Assembly: GCA_900234795.1 (NCBI GenBank)
Contig: LT962688.1
Coordinates: 2,400,001-2,432,000, forward strand
From: Methylorubrum extorquens
Lineage (GTDB): Bacteria > Pseudomonadota > Alphaproteobacteria > Rhizobiales > Beijerinckiaceae
Direction: 5' to 3'
DNA: 32,000 nt
This document shows, in pieces, positions 1 through 9,972 of this stretch (position 1 is the stretch's first letter; each line of letters opens with the position of its first letter). A program made the position numbers and the translations under genes. Below the pieces are notes generated by a model. The model had not been told where the DNA came from. It saw nothing but the letters and a program-made list of their open reading frames with translations, and made no database searches.

Positions 1-144
1 AACCGGCCGACCTCGCTCCTGAAGCGCCTCGCGCAGCCGGAGGAAGTGGCCAACATGGTCGCCTATCTCTGCACGCCCGCCGCGAGCGCCACCACGGGGG
101 CGGCCCTGCGGGTCGATGGCGGCGTGCTGCGCGGCATCATCTGA
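1..144 (+). CDS. short-chain dehydrogenase/reductase (SDR), C-terminal fragment; 5' end lies outside the window
   Basis: Frame 1 is open from the window edge to TGA at 142-144. The translation ...RLAQPEEVANMVAYLCTPAASATTGAALRVDGGVLRGII is the typical SDR C-terminal block (...VDGG...). Confidence 0.7.
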   Translation, partial: NRPTSLLKRLAQPEEVANMVAYLCTPAASATTGAALRVDGGVLRGII

Positions 145-171
145 GGCTCACCGCTCCCGAGCCCACCGGAC

Positions 172-200
172 GTACGGGGCCGGCTGGACCGGCACCGTAC
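172..200. terminator. GC-rich hairpin between convergent genes (possible bidirectional terminator)
   Basis: gtacgg-g-gccgg / ctgga / ccggc-a-ccgtac gives 6+5 bp of stem with one mismatch. It lies between the SDR stop (144) and the SWIB gene stop (233). There is no T-tract. Confidence 0.35.
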
Positions 201-232
201 TCCGAGGGACGGCCCGCGAACGGTCCTTCAAA

Positions 233-565
233 TCAGGACTTGAGGTGCGCGGCGAGGTGCTTGTTCATCTCGAACATCGAGCACTTGTCCTTGCCGAAGA
301 TCTTCTTGAGCTTGTCGTCGGCGAGAATTTCGCGCTTGTTCTCCGGGTTCTGGAGATTGTGCTTCTTGATGTGCTCCCACACCTTGCTGACGACTTCGCC
401 GCGCGGCAGGGGGTTGTCGCCAACGATGGCGGCGAGTTCGGGAGACGGCTTCAGGGGCTGCTGAAGCGCGTTGGGCTTGGTGCCGGAGGCGGCCTTCGTG
501 GCGGTCTCCTTCTTCGGGGCACTCTTGGGCGCAGCCGCCTTCTTCTCCGTCGTCTTGGTAGCCAT
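233..565 (-). CDS. SWIB/MDM2 domain protein with Lys/Ala-rich N-terminal tail
   Basis: ATG at 565-563 is preceded by GGAGGG (complement of 571-576). The 110-aa product MATKTTEKKAAAPKSAPKKETATKAAS... continues as PSPELAAIVGDNPLPRGEVVSKVWEHIKKHNLQNPENKREILADDKLKKIFG, a SWIB-domain signature. The upstream in-frame extension (to 697) is Arg-rich and lacks an RBS. Confidence 0.85.
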   Translation of the reverse strand: MATKTTEKKAAAPKSAPKKETATKAASGTKPNALQQPLKPSPELAAIVGDNPLPRGEVVSKVWEHIKKHNLQNPENKREILADDKLKKIFGKDKCSMFEMNKHLAAHLKS

Positions 566-637
566 GGTTTCCCTCCGTCCTGCGGACCGGCGATTCGTGA
601 CACGAGGCCGAGCGGCATCGGGGCACTGAGGAGCAAC

Positions 638-662
638 AACTAAGCGGTGCCGCGCCCGTTCC
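638..662 (-). promoter_or_regulatory. candidate sigma-EcfG-like promoter (GGAAC-N16-AGTT) for the SWIB gene
   Basis: The minus strand reads tGGAAC gggcgcggcaccgctt AGTT, about 70 nt upstream of the ATG at 565. The -10 element matches only GTT of the CGTT consensus. Confidence 0.3.
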
Positions 663-870
663 AAGTGGAGAACAGCGCCGCCGTGGTGTCCATCCACAGA
701 TCAGCGGACCTTTCCGCAGCTCAATCCACTGCCCGAGGGATTTTTTCGCGCTGACCGGGGCTGCTCCGGTGATCCCGCCGCACGTCTCGGTCGAGGCGGG
801 AACCGTGTTTGCCGCCTCGCATTCAACCAAGACACCCGGATCACGGGCCTGTCGCGGGCCTGTCAGGGAT

Positions 871-1326
871 ATGCTGGAGACGTGGATGCCGACGGATCTG
901 CCCGAAGAGCGGGCCTTTCGTAAGCCGGGAACGCTGGAACTGGACCCGACCTCCGGCGAGGGGGTCGCGACCGACGAGACACCCCGGTTGATCGCTTCCG
1001 ACAAGGTCGAGGGCACCCCGGTCTATGACAGCACCGGGCGCCACCTCGGCAGCGTTTACAATTTTATGGTCGACAAGGTGTCGGGACAGGTCGCCTACGC
1101 CGTGCTGTCGTTCGGTGGCTTCCTCGGCTTTGGCGAGAACCACCACCCCCTGCCTTGGAACGCGCTGACCTACTCGGTCGAACTCGGCGGATACGTGGTC
1201 GATATCGACCCTGCCGATCTCGAAGGCGCGCCGACCCAGGGGCCCGGCGAAAACCCGTTCGACGATCCCGGTTTCGGCGGGCGCCTCAACGATCACTGGG
1301 GCGGCCGCAAGGCGCCGACCGCCTGA
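871..1326 (+). CDS. PRC-barrel domain protein (cytoplasmic type)
   Basis: Translation LIASDKVEGTPVYDSTGRHLGSVYNFMVDKVSGQVAYAVLSFGGFLGFGENHHPLPWNALTY is a PRC-barrel signature. The start is uncertain (ATG 871 or ATG 886); the ORF is open from 769. Confidence 0.8.
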   Translation: MLETWMPTDLPEERAFRKPGTLELDPTSGEGVATDETPRLIASDKVEGTPVYDSTGRHLGSVYNFMVDKVSGQVAYAVLSFGGFLGFGENHHPLPWNALTYSVELGGYVVDIDPADLEGAPTQGPGENPFDDPGFGGRLNDHWGGRKAPTA

Positions 1327-1361
1327 GGCGGCGGCGCCTGTAATCCGAAGTCAGGCGCGGC

Positions 1362-1736
1362 TCAGAACTTGCCGCCGAGGCCGACACTGCCGCCTGCGCC
1401 CATCTGGGGGGCGAGACCGCCGGAGCTGGACCGCGACGTCGTCTCGCCGTCGATCTCCTCCCGGCGGATGCGGCGCGGGCCGTCATCGGCGGTGCGGGTG
1501 TCGCCGCGGAAGTTCTTCGGCAGCTCCAGGGCACGGGTCGGGGCGGCGGCGAGCGGACGGCCGTCATCGTCGGTCTGAGCACTGCGCAGGGGGCGGCCGG
1601 GCAGCGTGCCACGGGCGGAGGGCGGCGGGCCGAGATCGGTTTCCGGCATCACGCCGCCGCCGCCACCGAGCGCCTGGCAGCCGCCAAGGCTCGCCGCAAG
1701 AAGCGCCGCGGCGCAGAGTCTCGACGGGTCGAACAT
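1362..1736 (-). CDS. small lipoprotein, Gly-rich C-terminus
   Basis: Internal ATG at 1736-1734 gives MFDPSRLCAAALLAASLGGC, a signal peptide with an L-G-G-C lipobox. It lies between the two PRC-barrel genes. Confidence 0.6.
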   Translation of the reverse strand: MFDPSRLCAAALLAASLGGCQALGGGGGVMPETDLGPPPSARGTLPGRPLRSAQTDDDGRPLAAAPTRALELPKNFRGDTRTADDGPRRIRREEIDGETTSRSSSGGLAPQMGAGGSVGLGGKF

Positions 1737-2045
1737 GCAGTCTTGTCCTCGTACCGGCCGTTCCCGGCCACGGCTCGGCCTGGGGACGGCCAAGGGTCGG
1801 GAACGTTAAGATTTCCTGCATCCGTCTAAGGCAGGGTTTGGGCGAAAACCAGACGGCCGTCGCCCGTGTCCACCCGGTTCCGGCGGGACGGTCGAAGCGG
1901 CCGGGGCGGCGTTTCCGGCCCATCCACAACTTCGCCGTGGTTGCCGGGCATGGACGATGCGTCCGCCCGCCCCATGATGTCCGGGGAGCGCCGGCTCGCA
2001 GAGGCCGGCTCGCTCATCTTTTTCGACTGTCGAGAGGTAGTAGGG

Positions 2046-2747
2046 GTGCTCAGACTGATCCGGCCGATCGTGACACCGGCGATCGCCCTCCTCGCTACGG
2101 CGGCCATGGCCGCGGACGGCTCGTCGGGTGCCCCCGGCGGCGCTTCGCCTCCTGTCGTGACCGCTCCGCCTCCCGCCGCGACCGCTCCGCCTCCGGCCGC
2201 AGCGCCGGCGCCGGCTGCACCCGCGAACGGTGCCGTGACGCCGTCCCAGGAGGGCGGCACCCCGGCGGTGGTGCTTGATACCCAGGATTACGAGAGCCTG
2301 CTCGGCAAGAGCGTGCGTGCGATGAACGGCGACGATCTCGGCCGGATCATCGACGTCATCATCGACCGCGACGGACGTCCCCGCGCCGCGGTGATCGATT
2401 TCGGCGGCTTTCTCGGCGTCGGCTCCCGCAAGATCGCGGTGGATTGGCGCGTCCTGAAGTTCACCACCGAGGGCAAGGTCGGGCGCCTCACGCTCCAGCT
2501 CAACCGCAATCAGGTCCGCGTCTCGCCCGAATACAAGTCCGGCGACCCGATCGTCGTGCTCGGGGCCACTAGCCCCGGTGCCCCCTCCAGCCCAAGTACC
2601 GCCAGCCCAAGTGCCGCCAGCCCGGGCGCTGCGAATTCCGGTGCCGCCGTCCCGCCGGAAGGTGACGCGTCTGCCGCCTCCGAGAAGCCTGCCGCCCCGT
2701 CCGACAAGGCCCCGGACCGGCCACCGGAGAAGACGCCGGACAAATGA
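2046..2747 (+). CDS. secreted PRC-barrel domain protein with Pro/Ala/Ser-rich linkers
   Basis: GTG at 2046 lies 8 nt after GAGAGG (2032-2037) and gives the signal peptide MLRLIRPIVTPAIALLATAAMA/ADG. The PRC-barrel core is LLGKSVRAMNGDDLGRIIDVIIDRDGRPRAAVIDFGGFLGVGSRKIAVDW. The ORF is open from 1866, so an earlier start cannot be excluded. Confidence 0.75.
   Translation: MLRLIRPIVTPAIALLATAAMAADGSSGAPGGASPPVVTAPPPAATAPPPAAAPAPAAPANGAVTPSQEGGTPAVVLDTQDYESLLGKSVRAMNGDDLGRIIDVIIDRDGRPRAAVIDFGGFLGVGSRKIAVDWRVLKFTTEGKVGRLTLQLNRNQVRVSPEYKSGDPIVVLGATSPGAPSSPSTASPSAASPGAANSGAAVPPEGDASAASEKPAAPSDKAPDRPPEKTPDK
2159..2200 (+). repeat. 21-bp tandem direct repeat x2 inside the CDS (encodes TAPPPAA x2)
   Basis: gaccgctccgcctcccgccgc / gaccgctccgcctccggccgc, with one mismatch. 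Confidence 0.8.
2587..2631 (+). repeat. 15-bp tandem repeat, about 2.5 copies, inside the CDS (S/P/A-rich tail)
   Basis: ccagcccaagtaccg / ccagcccaagtgccg / ccagccc(gggcgctg). Confidence 0.7.
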
Positions 2748-4099
2748 CGGCAAGCCCGGTGACGGAACGGCGCGCCTATCCAGCGCGCGAACGCGACAGC
2801 CATCGAACCGACCTTCGCGAGCGCGGCGGCTCCCGCCCGGTGCGGCGCGCGGGCCGACCGAGCACGCCCGGCCCCGCCGGTCCGTCGCGACGGGCGACCT
2901 ACGGCCTCGACGCGTTCACGTTCTTCATCGCCAACCTGCAGACTGGGTTCGGGCCCTTCCTCGCCGTCTACTTCACCCAGCAGAAGTGGACGCAGTCGGA
3001 TATCGGCCTCGCGCTCACCGTGGGCAGCCTCGTCAGCCTGCTCGGGCAGATGCCGGGCGGCGCCTTCGTCGATGCCTCCCGCTCGAAGCGCTTCGCGGCC
3101 GGTTTCTCGGCGTTCTGGGTCGGCGCGAGCGCCGTGATGCTGGCTGCACTTCCGACCTATCTCGTCGTGATGCTCGCCATGGCGATCCACTCGGCGGCGA
3201 GCTGCGTGCTGACGCCAGCCATCGCCGCGATCTCCATTGGCCTCGTCGGCCATGCCCGGGCCGGCGAGCGGCTGGGGCGCAATGCCAGCTTCTCGGCGGT
3301 CGGCAACGCGCTCGGCGCCGCCGGCATGGGCGCGATCGGCTATTATCTCTCGAACAATGCGGTGTTCTATCTTGCGGGCGTGCTGGTGATCCCGGCCCTG
3401 GTATCCCTGTCGTTCATCCCGTCGGGGCGCGCCGTGGAAGCGGGCAGGCCCCGGCCCGCCGCCCAGGAACCGGAACCGCGAGAGGCCGGCGGCATCTCGG
3501 CGCTCCTGAAGAACCGGGCGCTCCTGTGCTTTGCCGCCTGCATGGTGCTGTTCTTTCTGGCCAATGCCGCGATGCTGCCTTTGGTCGGCAGCGTCATGAC
3601 CCTGCGCGCCAGCGAGACCGCCACGGCTCTCGTGGCTGCCTGCATCATGGTCCCGCAGGCGGTGCTCGCGCTCACTGCCCCCTTCGTCGGCCGCCTCGCC
3701 GAACGCTGGGGACGAAAACCGCTCCTCGTGATCGGTTTTGCGGCCCTGCCCGTCCGCGGCCTGCTCTTCGCCTTCGTCAGCGACCCCTACTGGATGGTGG
3801 CGATTCAGGTCTTCGACGGCATCTCGGCCTCCGTCCTCGGCGTCATGGTCCCGCTGATCGTCTCCGACGTCACCCGCGGCACCGGCCGGTTCAACACCGC
3901 ACTTGGGGCGGTCGGGACCGGCATGGGCATCGGCGCCGCCCTCTCCACGGCACTCGCCGGCTTCATGGCCGACGAACTCGGCAGCCGGACCGCGTTCCTG
4001 GGACTCGCCATCGTCGGCGCCGCCGGCCTCGCCCTCGTCCTCCTGATCATGCCGGAGACCCGGCGCAGGAACGGGGATGAGGCGCATGACCCGTCTTGA
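2744..4099 (+). CDS. MFS transporter
   Basis: 451 aa with about 12 hydrophobic segments (FFIANLQTGFGPFLAVYF..., LVSLLGQMPGGAFVDASRSKR..., GRLAERWGRKPLLVIG...). The ATG overlaps the upstream stop as ATGA (2744-2747). The roughly 55-aa Arg-rich N-terminal extension leaves the true start somewhat uncertain. Confidence 0.85.
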   Translation: MTASPVTERRAYPARERDSHRTDLRERGGSRPVRRAGRPSTPGPAGPSRRATYGLDAFTFFIANLQTGFGPFLAVYFTQQKWTQSDIGLALTVGSLVSLLGQMPGGAFVDASRSKRFAAGFSAFWVGASAVMLAALPTYLVVMLAMAIHSAASCVLTPAIAAISIGLVGHARAGERLGRNASFSAVGNALGAAGMGAIGYYLSNNAVFYLAGVLVIPALVSLSFIPSGRAVEAGRPRPAAQEPEPREAGGISALLKNRALLCFAACMVLFFLANAAMLPLVGSVMTLRASETATALVAACIMVPQAVLALTAPFVGRLAERWGRKPLLVIGFAALPVRGLLFAFVSDPYWMVAIQVFDGISASVLGVMVPLIVSDVTRGTGRFNTALGAVGTGMGIGAALSTALAGFMADELGSRTAFLGLAIVGAAGLALVLLIMPETRRRNGDEAHDPS

Positions 4100-4304
4100 C
4101 CTGCGCCGGCCGACGGGGTTGGAATCGTTTTTGCGCCGCACATCCGCTTAAGCGCGGTTCATCTTCGCCGAGCTATCCGGCGGAAAGCCCCGCGCGCTTG
4201 AAACATAAGGCGACGCTTCGCGTTGCGGTTAACGGGTGCCCTGTGCGCCCTCCAGCCACAATCGGCGCCCAGCGGGTCTGATCGAATCGGGACTGACGAT
4301 CGCG

Positions 4305-6071
4305 ATGGAAGATCTCTGCCAATACGCCAACAGACCGGGGGCCTTTGTCGGGCGCTATCTCAGGCGCCGGATCGTCCCGCATCTCGTGATTCTCTTCTCC
4401 GTGCTCGGTGCGGTGTCCTTCTCGGTCTCGACCGACTACGCGCTCAAGGGCGTGGTCGATGCCCTCGGCAAGGGGCCGAGCGCAGGGCAGGTCTGGACGG
4501 CCTTGGCGGTGCTGATCGGCTTCATCGCCGCCGACAACCTGCTCTGGCGCGTCGCGGCTTTGGTCGGGGCCTTCACCTTTGTCGGCGTGACCGGCGACAT
4601 CCGCCGGGATCTCTTCCGCCACATGACGGGCCACGCCCCGTCCTTCTTCGCCGACCGCCAGCCCGGTACGTTGGCCTCGCGCATCACCGCGACGTCGAAC
4701 GCGATCTTCACCGTCGAGAACATGTTCACGTTCAACGTGATGCCGCCCTGCGTCGCGGCCGTGCTCTCGATCATCTATATCGGCACCGTGAACCTCACGA
4801 TGGCGCTCGTGCTCGCCGGCATCTTCGCCGCGGTCGTGCTGCTGATGTTCAAGATGGCCTCCGCCGGCAAGCCGCTGCACCATGACTTCGCCGCCAAGGC
4901 CGCGAGCGTTGACGGCGAGATGGTCGATCTCGTCGGCAACATGCCGCTGGTGCGCGCCTTCTCCGCGTTCAACCGCGAGTTCGTGCGCTTCGACGGGACC
5001 ATCGGCTCCGAGATGCGGGCGCGCCGCTCCTCGCTCCTCTACCTCGAGAAGCTGCGCATCACCCACGCCATCCTTACCGTGATCTCGATCCTCGGCCTGC
5101 TCTACTGGTCGATCAAGATGTGGGAGGCCGGTCAGGCCACCACCGGTCAGGTCGTCCTCGTCTGCACGCTGGGCATCCGCATCCTCGCCGCCACCCGCGA
5201 CCTCGCCGTCGCGCTGGTGGACGCGACCCAGCACACCGCCCGCCTGTCGGAGGCGCTGCACACGCTGCTGCAGCCGCACGAATTGGTCGATCATCCGGAG
5301 GCGGAGAAGCTCATCGGCCAGACCGGCGCCGAGATGCATTTCGACCACGTCGCCTTCAGCTATCCCGACGGGCGCACCGTCTTCTCCGATTTCGACCTGC
5401 TGATTCCGGCCGGCCAGACGGTGGGGCTGGTCGGCAAGTCGGGCGGCGGCAAGTCGACCCTGTTCTCGCTGATCCAGCGCTTCTACGAGGTGCAGGGCGG
5501 GCGCATCCTCATCAACGGACAGGACATCAACCGCGTCACGCAGGATAGCTTGCGCGAGGCGATCACGGTGGTGCCGCAGGACGTGTCGATGTTCCATCGC
5601 TCCCTACGCGAGAACATTCGCTACGGCCGGCCCGACGCGACCGACGAAGAGGTCTGGAAGGCGGCGGAAGCGGCCCACTGCACCGACTTCATCCAGTCGC
5701 TGCCGGAAGGCTTCGACACCATCGTCGGCGACCGCGGCGTGAAGCTCTCCGGTGGCCAGCGCCAGCGCATCGCCATTGCCCGCGCCATCCTGAAGGATTC
5801 GCCGATCCTGCTTCTCGACGAGGCGACCTCGGCGCTCGACGCCGAGTCCGAGGAGGCGATCCGCGCCGCGCTCGCCAACCTGATGAAGGGCCGCACGGTG
5901 ATCGCCATCGCGCACCGCCTCTCGACGCTGAAGGACTTCGACCGGATTGTCGTGCTGGAGGGCGGGCGCATCGTGCAGGACGGCTCGCCGGAGAAGCTGA
6001 CCCATCTCGACGGCTTCTACCGCGAGCTGATGAAGAAGGAATCGATGTCGATGTCGCTCGCCGCGGCCTGA
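4305..6071 (+). CDS. ABC transporter, fused permease/ATP-binding exporter (MsbA/multidrug-like)
   Basis: Six-TM N-terminal half. Walker A is GKSGGGKST, the ABC signature is LSGGQRQRIAIARA and Walker B is ILLLDEATSALD. ATG 4305 (MEDLCQYANRPGAF...) is preferred over the ORF-track start at 4236. Confidence 0.9.
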   Translation: MEDLCQYANRPGAFVGRYLRRRIVPHLVILFSVLGAVSFSVSTDYALKGVVDALGKGPSAGQVWTALAVLIGFIAADNLLWRVAALVGAFTFVGVTGDIRRDLFRHMTGHAPSFFADRQPGTLASRITATSNAIFTVENMFTFNVMPPCVAAVLSIIYIGTVNLTMALVLAGIFAAVVLLMFKMASAGKPLHHDFAAKAASVDGEMVDLVGNMPLVRAFSAFNREFVRFDGTIGSEMRARRSSLLYLEKLRITHAILTVISILGLLYWSIKMWEAGQATTGQVVLVCTLGIRILAATRDLAVALVDATQHTARLSEALHTLLQPHELVDHPEAEKLIGQTGAEMHFDHVAFSYPDGRTVFSDFDLLIPAGQTVGLVGKSGGGKSTLFSLIQRFYEVQGGRILINGQDINRVTQDSLREAITVVPQDVSMFHRSLRENIRYGRPDATDEEVWKAAEAAHCTDFIQSLPEGFDTIVGDRGVKLSGGQRQRIAIARAILKDSPILLLDEATSALDAESEEAIRAALANLMKGRTVIAIAHRLSTLKDFDRIVVLEGGRIVQDGSPEKLTHLDGFYRELMKKESMSMSLAAA

Positions 6072-6149
6072 CATTCGAGCGGTTGCATCTCTGCCCATCG
6101 GCTGGGAGGGGTGCAAAAATCGGCCCTTGGATCGACATGGGTGTCATGA

Positions 6150-6185
6150 GGCCGGGCGGGTCCCTCACCGCCCGGCCTTCTTTTT
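6150..6185 (+). terminator. rho-independent terminator
   Basis: Perfect 10-bp stem ggccgggcgg / ccgcccggcc with the 8-nt loop gtccctca, followed by ttcttttt. It lies 79 nt after the ABC exporter stop. Confidence 0.75.
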
Positions 6186-6212
6186 GACGCCGATACGAAG
6201 CGGGAGCGTGCC

Positions 6213-7253
6213 GTGGCCGAACAGCAATTCGCCAGCGACAACTATGCCGGGATCTGTCCGGAGGCCCTCGCCGCGATGCAGGCGGCCAATGCCGGCCACG
6301 CCCCGGCCTACGGGGCCGATACCTGGACGCAGGCCGCGGCCGACGGCTTCCGGCGGTCGTTCGAGACCGATTGCGAGGTGTTCTTCGTCTTCAACGGCAC
6401 TGCCGCCAACTCGCTGGCGCTGGCCTCGCTCTGCCAATCCTATCACAGCGTGATCTGTGCGGACTCGGCGCATATCGAGACCGATGAATGCGGTGCGCCG
6501 GAATTCTTCTCCAACGGGTCGAAGCTGCTCACCGCCGCGACCGATGACGGAAAGCTCACGCCCGAGATCGTGCGGACGATCGCCGGCAAGCGCAGCGACA
6601 TCCATTTCCCGAAACCGCGGGCGGTGACGCTGACCCAGGCGACGGAGACGGGGCGGGTCTACAGCCTCGACGAGATCGCGGCCATCTCGGCCGTTTGCCG
6701 CGCTTTGGGCCTGCGCCTGCACATGGACGGCGCCCGCTTTGCCAATGCCTGCGCCTCGCTCGACGCCTCCCCGGCCGAACTGACCTGGAAGGCCGGCGTC
6801 GACGTGCTCTGCTTCGGCGGCACCAAGAACGGCATGGCGGTCGGCGAGGCGGTGATCTTCTTCGACCGAAAACTCGCGGAGGATTTCGACTATCGCTGCA
6901 AGCAGGCGGGCCAGCTCGCCTCGAAGATGCGCTACCTCTCGGCGCCCTGGGTCGGCATGCTGGAGAACGGGGCGTGGCTCGACAACGCCCGCCACGCCAA
7001 TGAATGTGCCCGACGGCTGGTGCGAGGGATCGCCGACGTGCCGGGCATCTCGCTCGCGGCACCGGTGGAGGCCAACGGCGTGTTCCTGAACCTGCCCGCG
7101 CCGGTCCAAGAGGGGCTGCGCGCCCGCGGCTGGCAGTTCTACGGCTTCATCGGCGGGGCGTCCCGCTTCATGTTCGCCTGGGATTCAGAGCCGGCGCGGG
7201 TTGATGCGCTGGCGCAGGACATCCGCCTCTGCGCCCTGCCCGCGGCGGCGTGA
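6213..7253 (+). CDS. ltaE: low-specificity L-threonine aldolase (beta-eliminating lyase / PLP fold type I family)
   Basis: GTG start follows GGGAG (6202-6206). The translation FASDNYAGICPEALAAMQAANAGHAPAYGADTWT... FFVFNGTAANSLAL... FGGTKNG is the threonine-aldolase pattern. Confidence 0.8.
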   Translation: MAEQQFASDNYAGICPEALAAMQAANAGHAPAYGADTWTQAAADGFRRSFETDCEVFFVFNGTAANSLALASLCQSYHSVICADSAHIETDECGAPEFFSNGSKLLTAATDDGKLTPEIVRTIAGKRSDIHFPKPRAVTLTQATETGRVYSLDEIAAISAVCRALGLRLHMDGARFANACASLDASPAELTWKAGVDVLCFGGTKNGMAVGEAVIFFDRKLAEDFDYRCKQAGQLASKMRYLSAPWVGMLENGAWLDNARHANECARRLVRGIADVPGISLAAPVEANGVFLNLPAPVQEGLRARGWQFYGFIGGASRFMFAWDSEPARVDALAQDIRLCALPAAA

Positions 7254-7276
7254 CCGCTGCTTCGTTCGCGGCAGGA

Positions 7277-7468
7277 TCAGACGAGATAGGTGATGGTGGC
7301 TGCCAGAGCCGTCGCCACGGTGGCGATGGCGAAGCCCGATGACGAGAGCAGCATCGCGGAACGGGACGCGGTCGGCTCGGGCTCGTCGGCATAGCCGAAG
7401 GCCTGGCCCGCGGCCTGTTCCAGGCGCATGAGGGAGAGGTGACGCGCTTGAGCGGCAGCGGGGGTCAT
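7277..7468 (-). CDS. hypothetical 63-aa tail-anchored membrane protein
   Basis: ATG at 7468-7466 is preceded by AAGGGAG. The product MTPAAAQARHLSLMRLEQAAGQAFGYADEPEPTASRSAMLLSSSGFAIATVATALAATITYLV has a C-terminal TM segment. A perfect EcfG-type promoter lies about 40 nt upstream. Confidence 0.5.
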   Translation of the reverse strand: MTPAAAQARHLSLMRLEQAAGQAFGYADEPEPTASRSAMLLSSSGFAIATVATALAATITYLV

Positions 7469-7508
7469 CGGCGTGGCTCCCTTACGGTCAAGCTGACCGT
7501 GCTGAGTT

Positions 7509-7534
7509 AACGTCCGGAAACCATCTTCTGTTCC
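7509..7534 (-). promoter_or_regulatory. sigma-EcfG (general stress response) type promoter, GGAAC-N17-CGTT
   Basis: The minus strand reads gGGAAC agaagatggtttccgga CGTT aac. The -35 element is the complement of 7530-7534 and the -10 element is the complement of 7509-7512. It lies 41 nt upstream of the ATG at 7468, in the correct orientation. Confidence 0.55.
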
Positions 7535-7821
7535 CGTCGCCATCCTGGGCCGCGCCGCCTTAACGTTCCGCTGCCTTGTTTCAGCCGCAGGATTGCCGCC
7601 CACCACAGGCTTCGTGAGGCCGTCTTAACCATCCGCCCGCATCACTGTGATGACAACGCGCCGGGCTTGGCAGGATCGTCGGGCTTCGAACGCGGCCGGC
7701 CGTCGTGGTACTGCGACCGGCGGAAGCGGACAGGAGACTTTTTGTTTCCTGTTTGTTCCGCTACAGTGAGGGTATGAAGAGCCATGCAGCCCGTCTCCGA
7801 CCCGATTCGAGGAGCCGTCGC

Positions 7822-9879
<2,058 letters not shown>

Positions 9880-9972
9880 TCCGCTCCGCTTTTCCCTCGA
9901 CGGAAGCCGTCTGGGGCAATGAATCGCTCTAGTGCCGAGTCGTGTCGCTGATGCTCGCGCCGCAGCGATCCA

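Noticed and set aside
799-823. Further GGAAC -35-like pentamers with imperfect -10 elements: 799-823 (+, N16-CATT, before the PRC-barrel gene), 1800-1826 (+, N18-CGTC), 15245-15270 (+, N17-CGTC) and 14809-14834 (-, N17-GATT).
   Set aside because: The -10 element or spacer deviates from GGAAC-N16/17-CGTT, and the GGAAC pentamer alone is too frequent to be meaningful. They are listed only so they can be tested alongside the better sites.
2159-2631. Tandem 21-bp and 15-bp repeats, considered as a possible CRISPR-like or VNTR array.
   Set aside because: There are only 2-3 copies with no spacers. They are in frame within a CDS and encode Pro/Ala/Ser linker repeats, so this is not a CRISPR array.
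9880-9972. Possible terminator hairpins between the convergent parE and ABC exporter genes (for example ccctcgacgg/ccgtctgggg at about 9896-9918).
   Set aside because: The stems are short or bulged and no T-tract is present on either strand. They are too weak to annotate.
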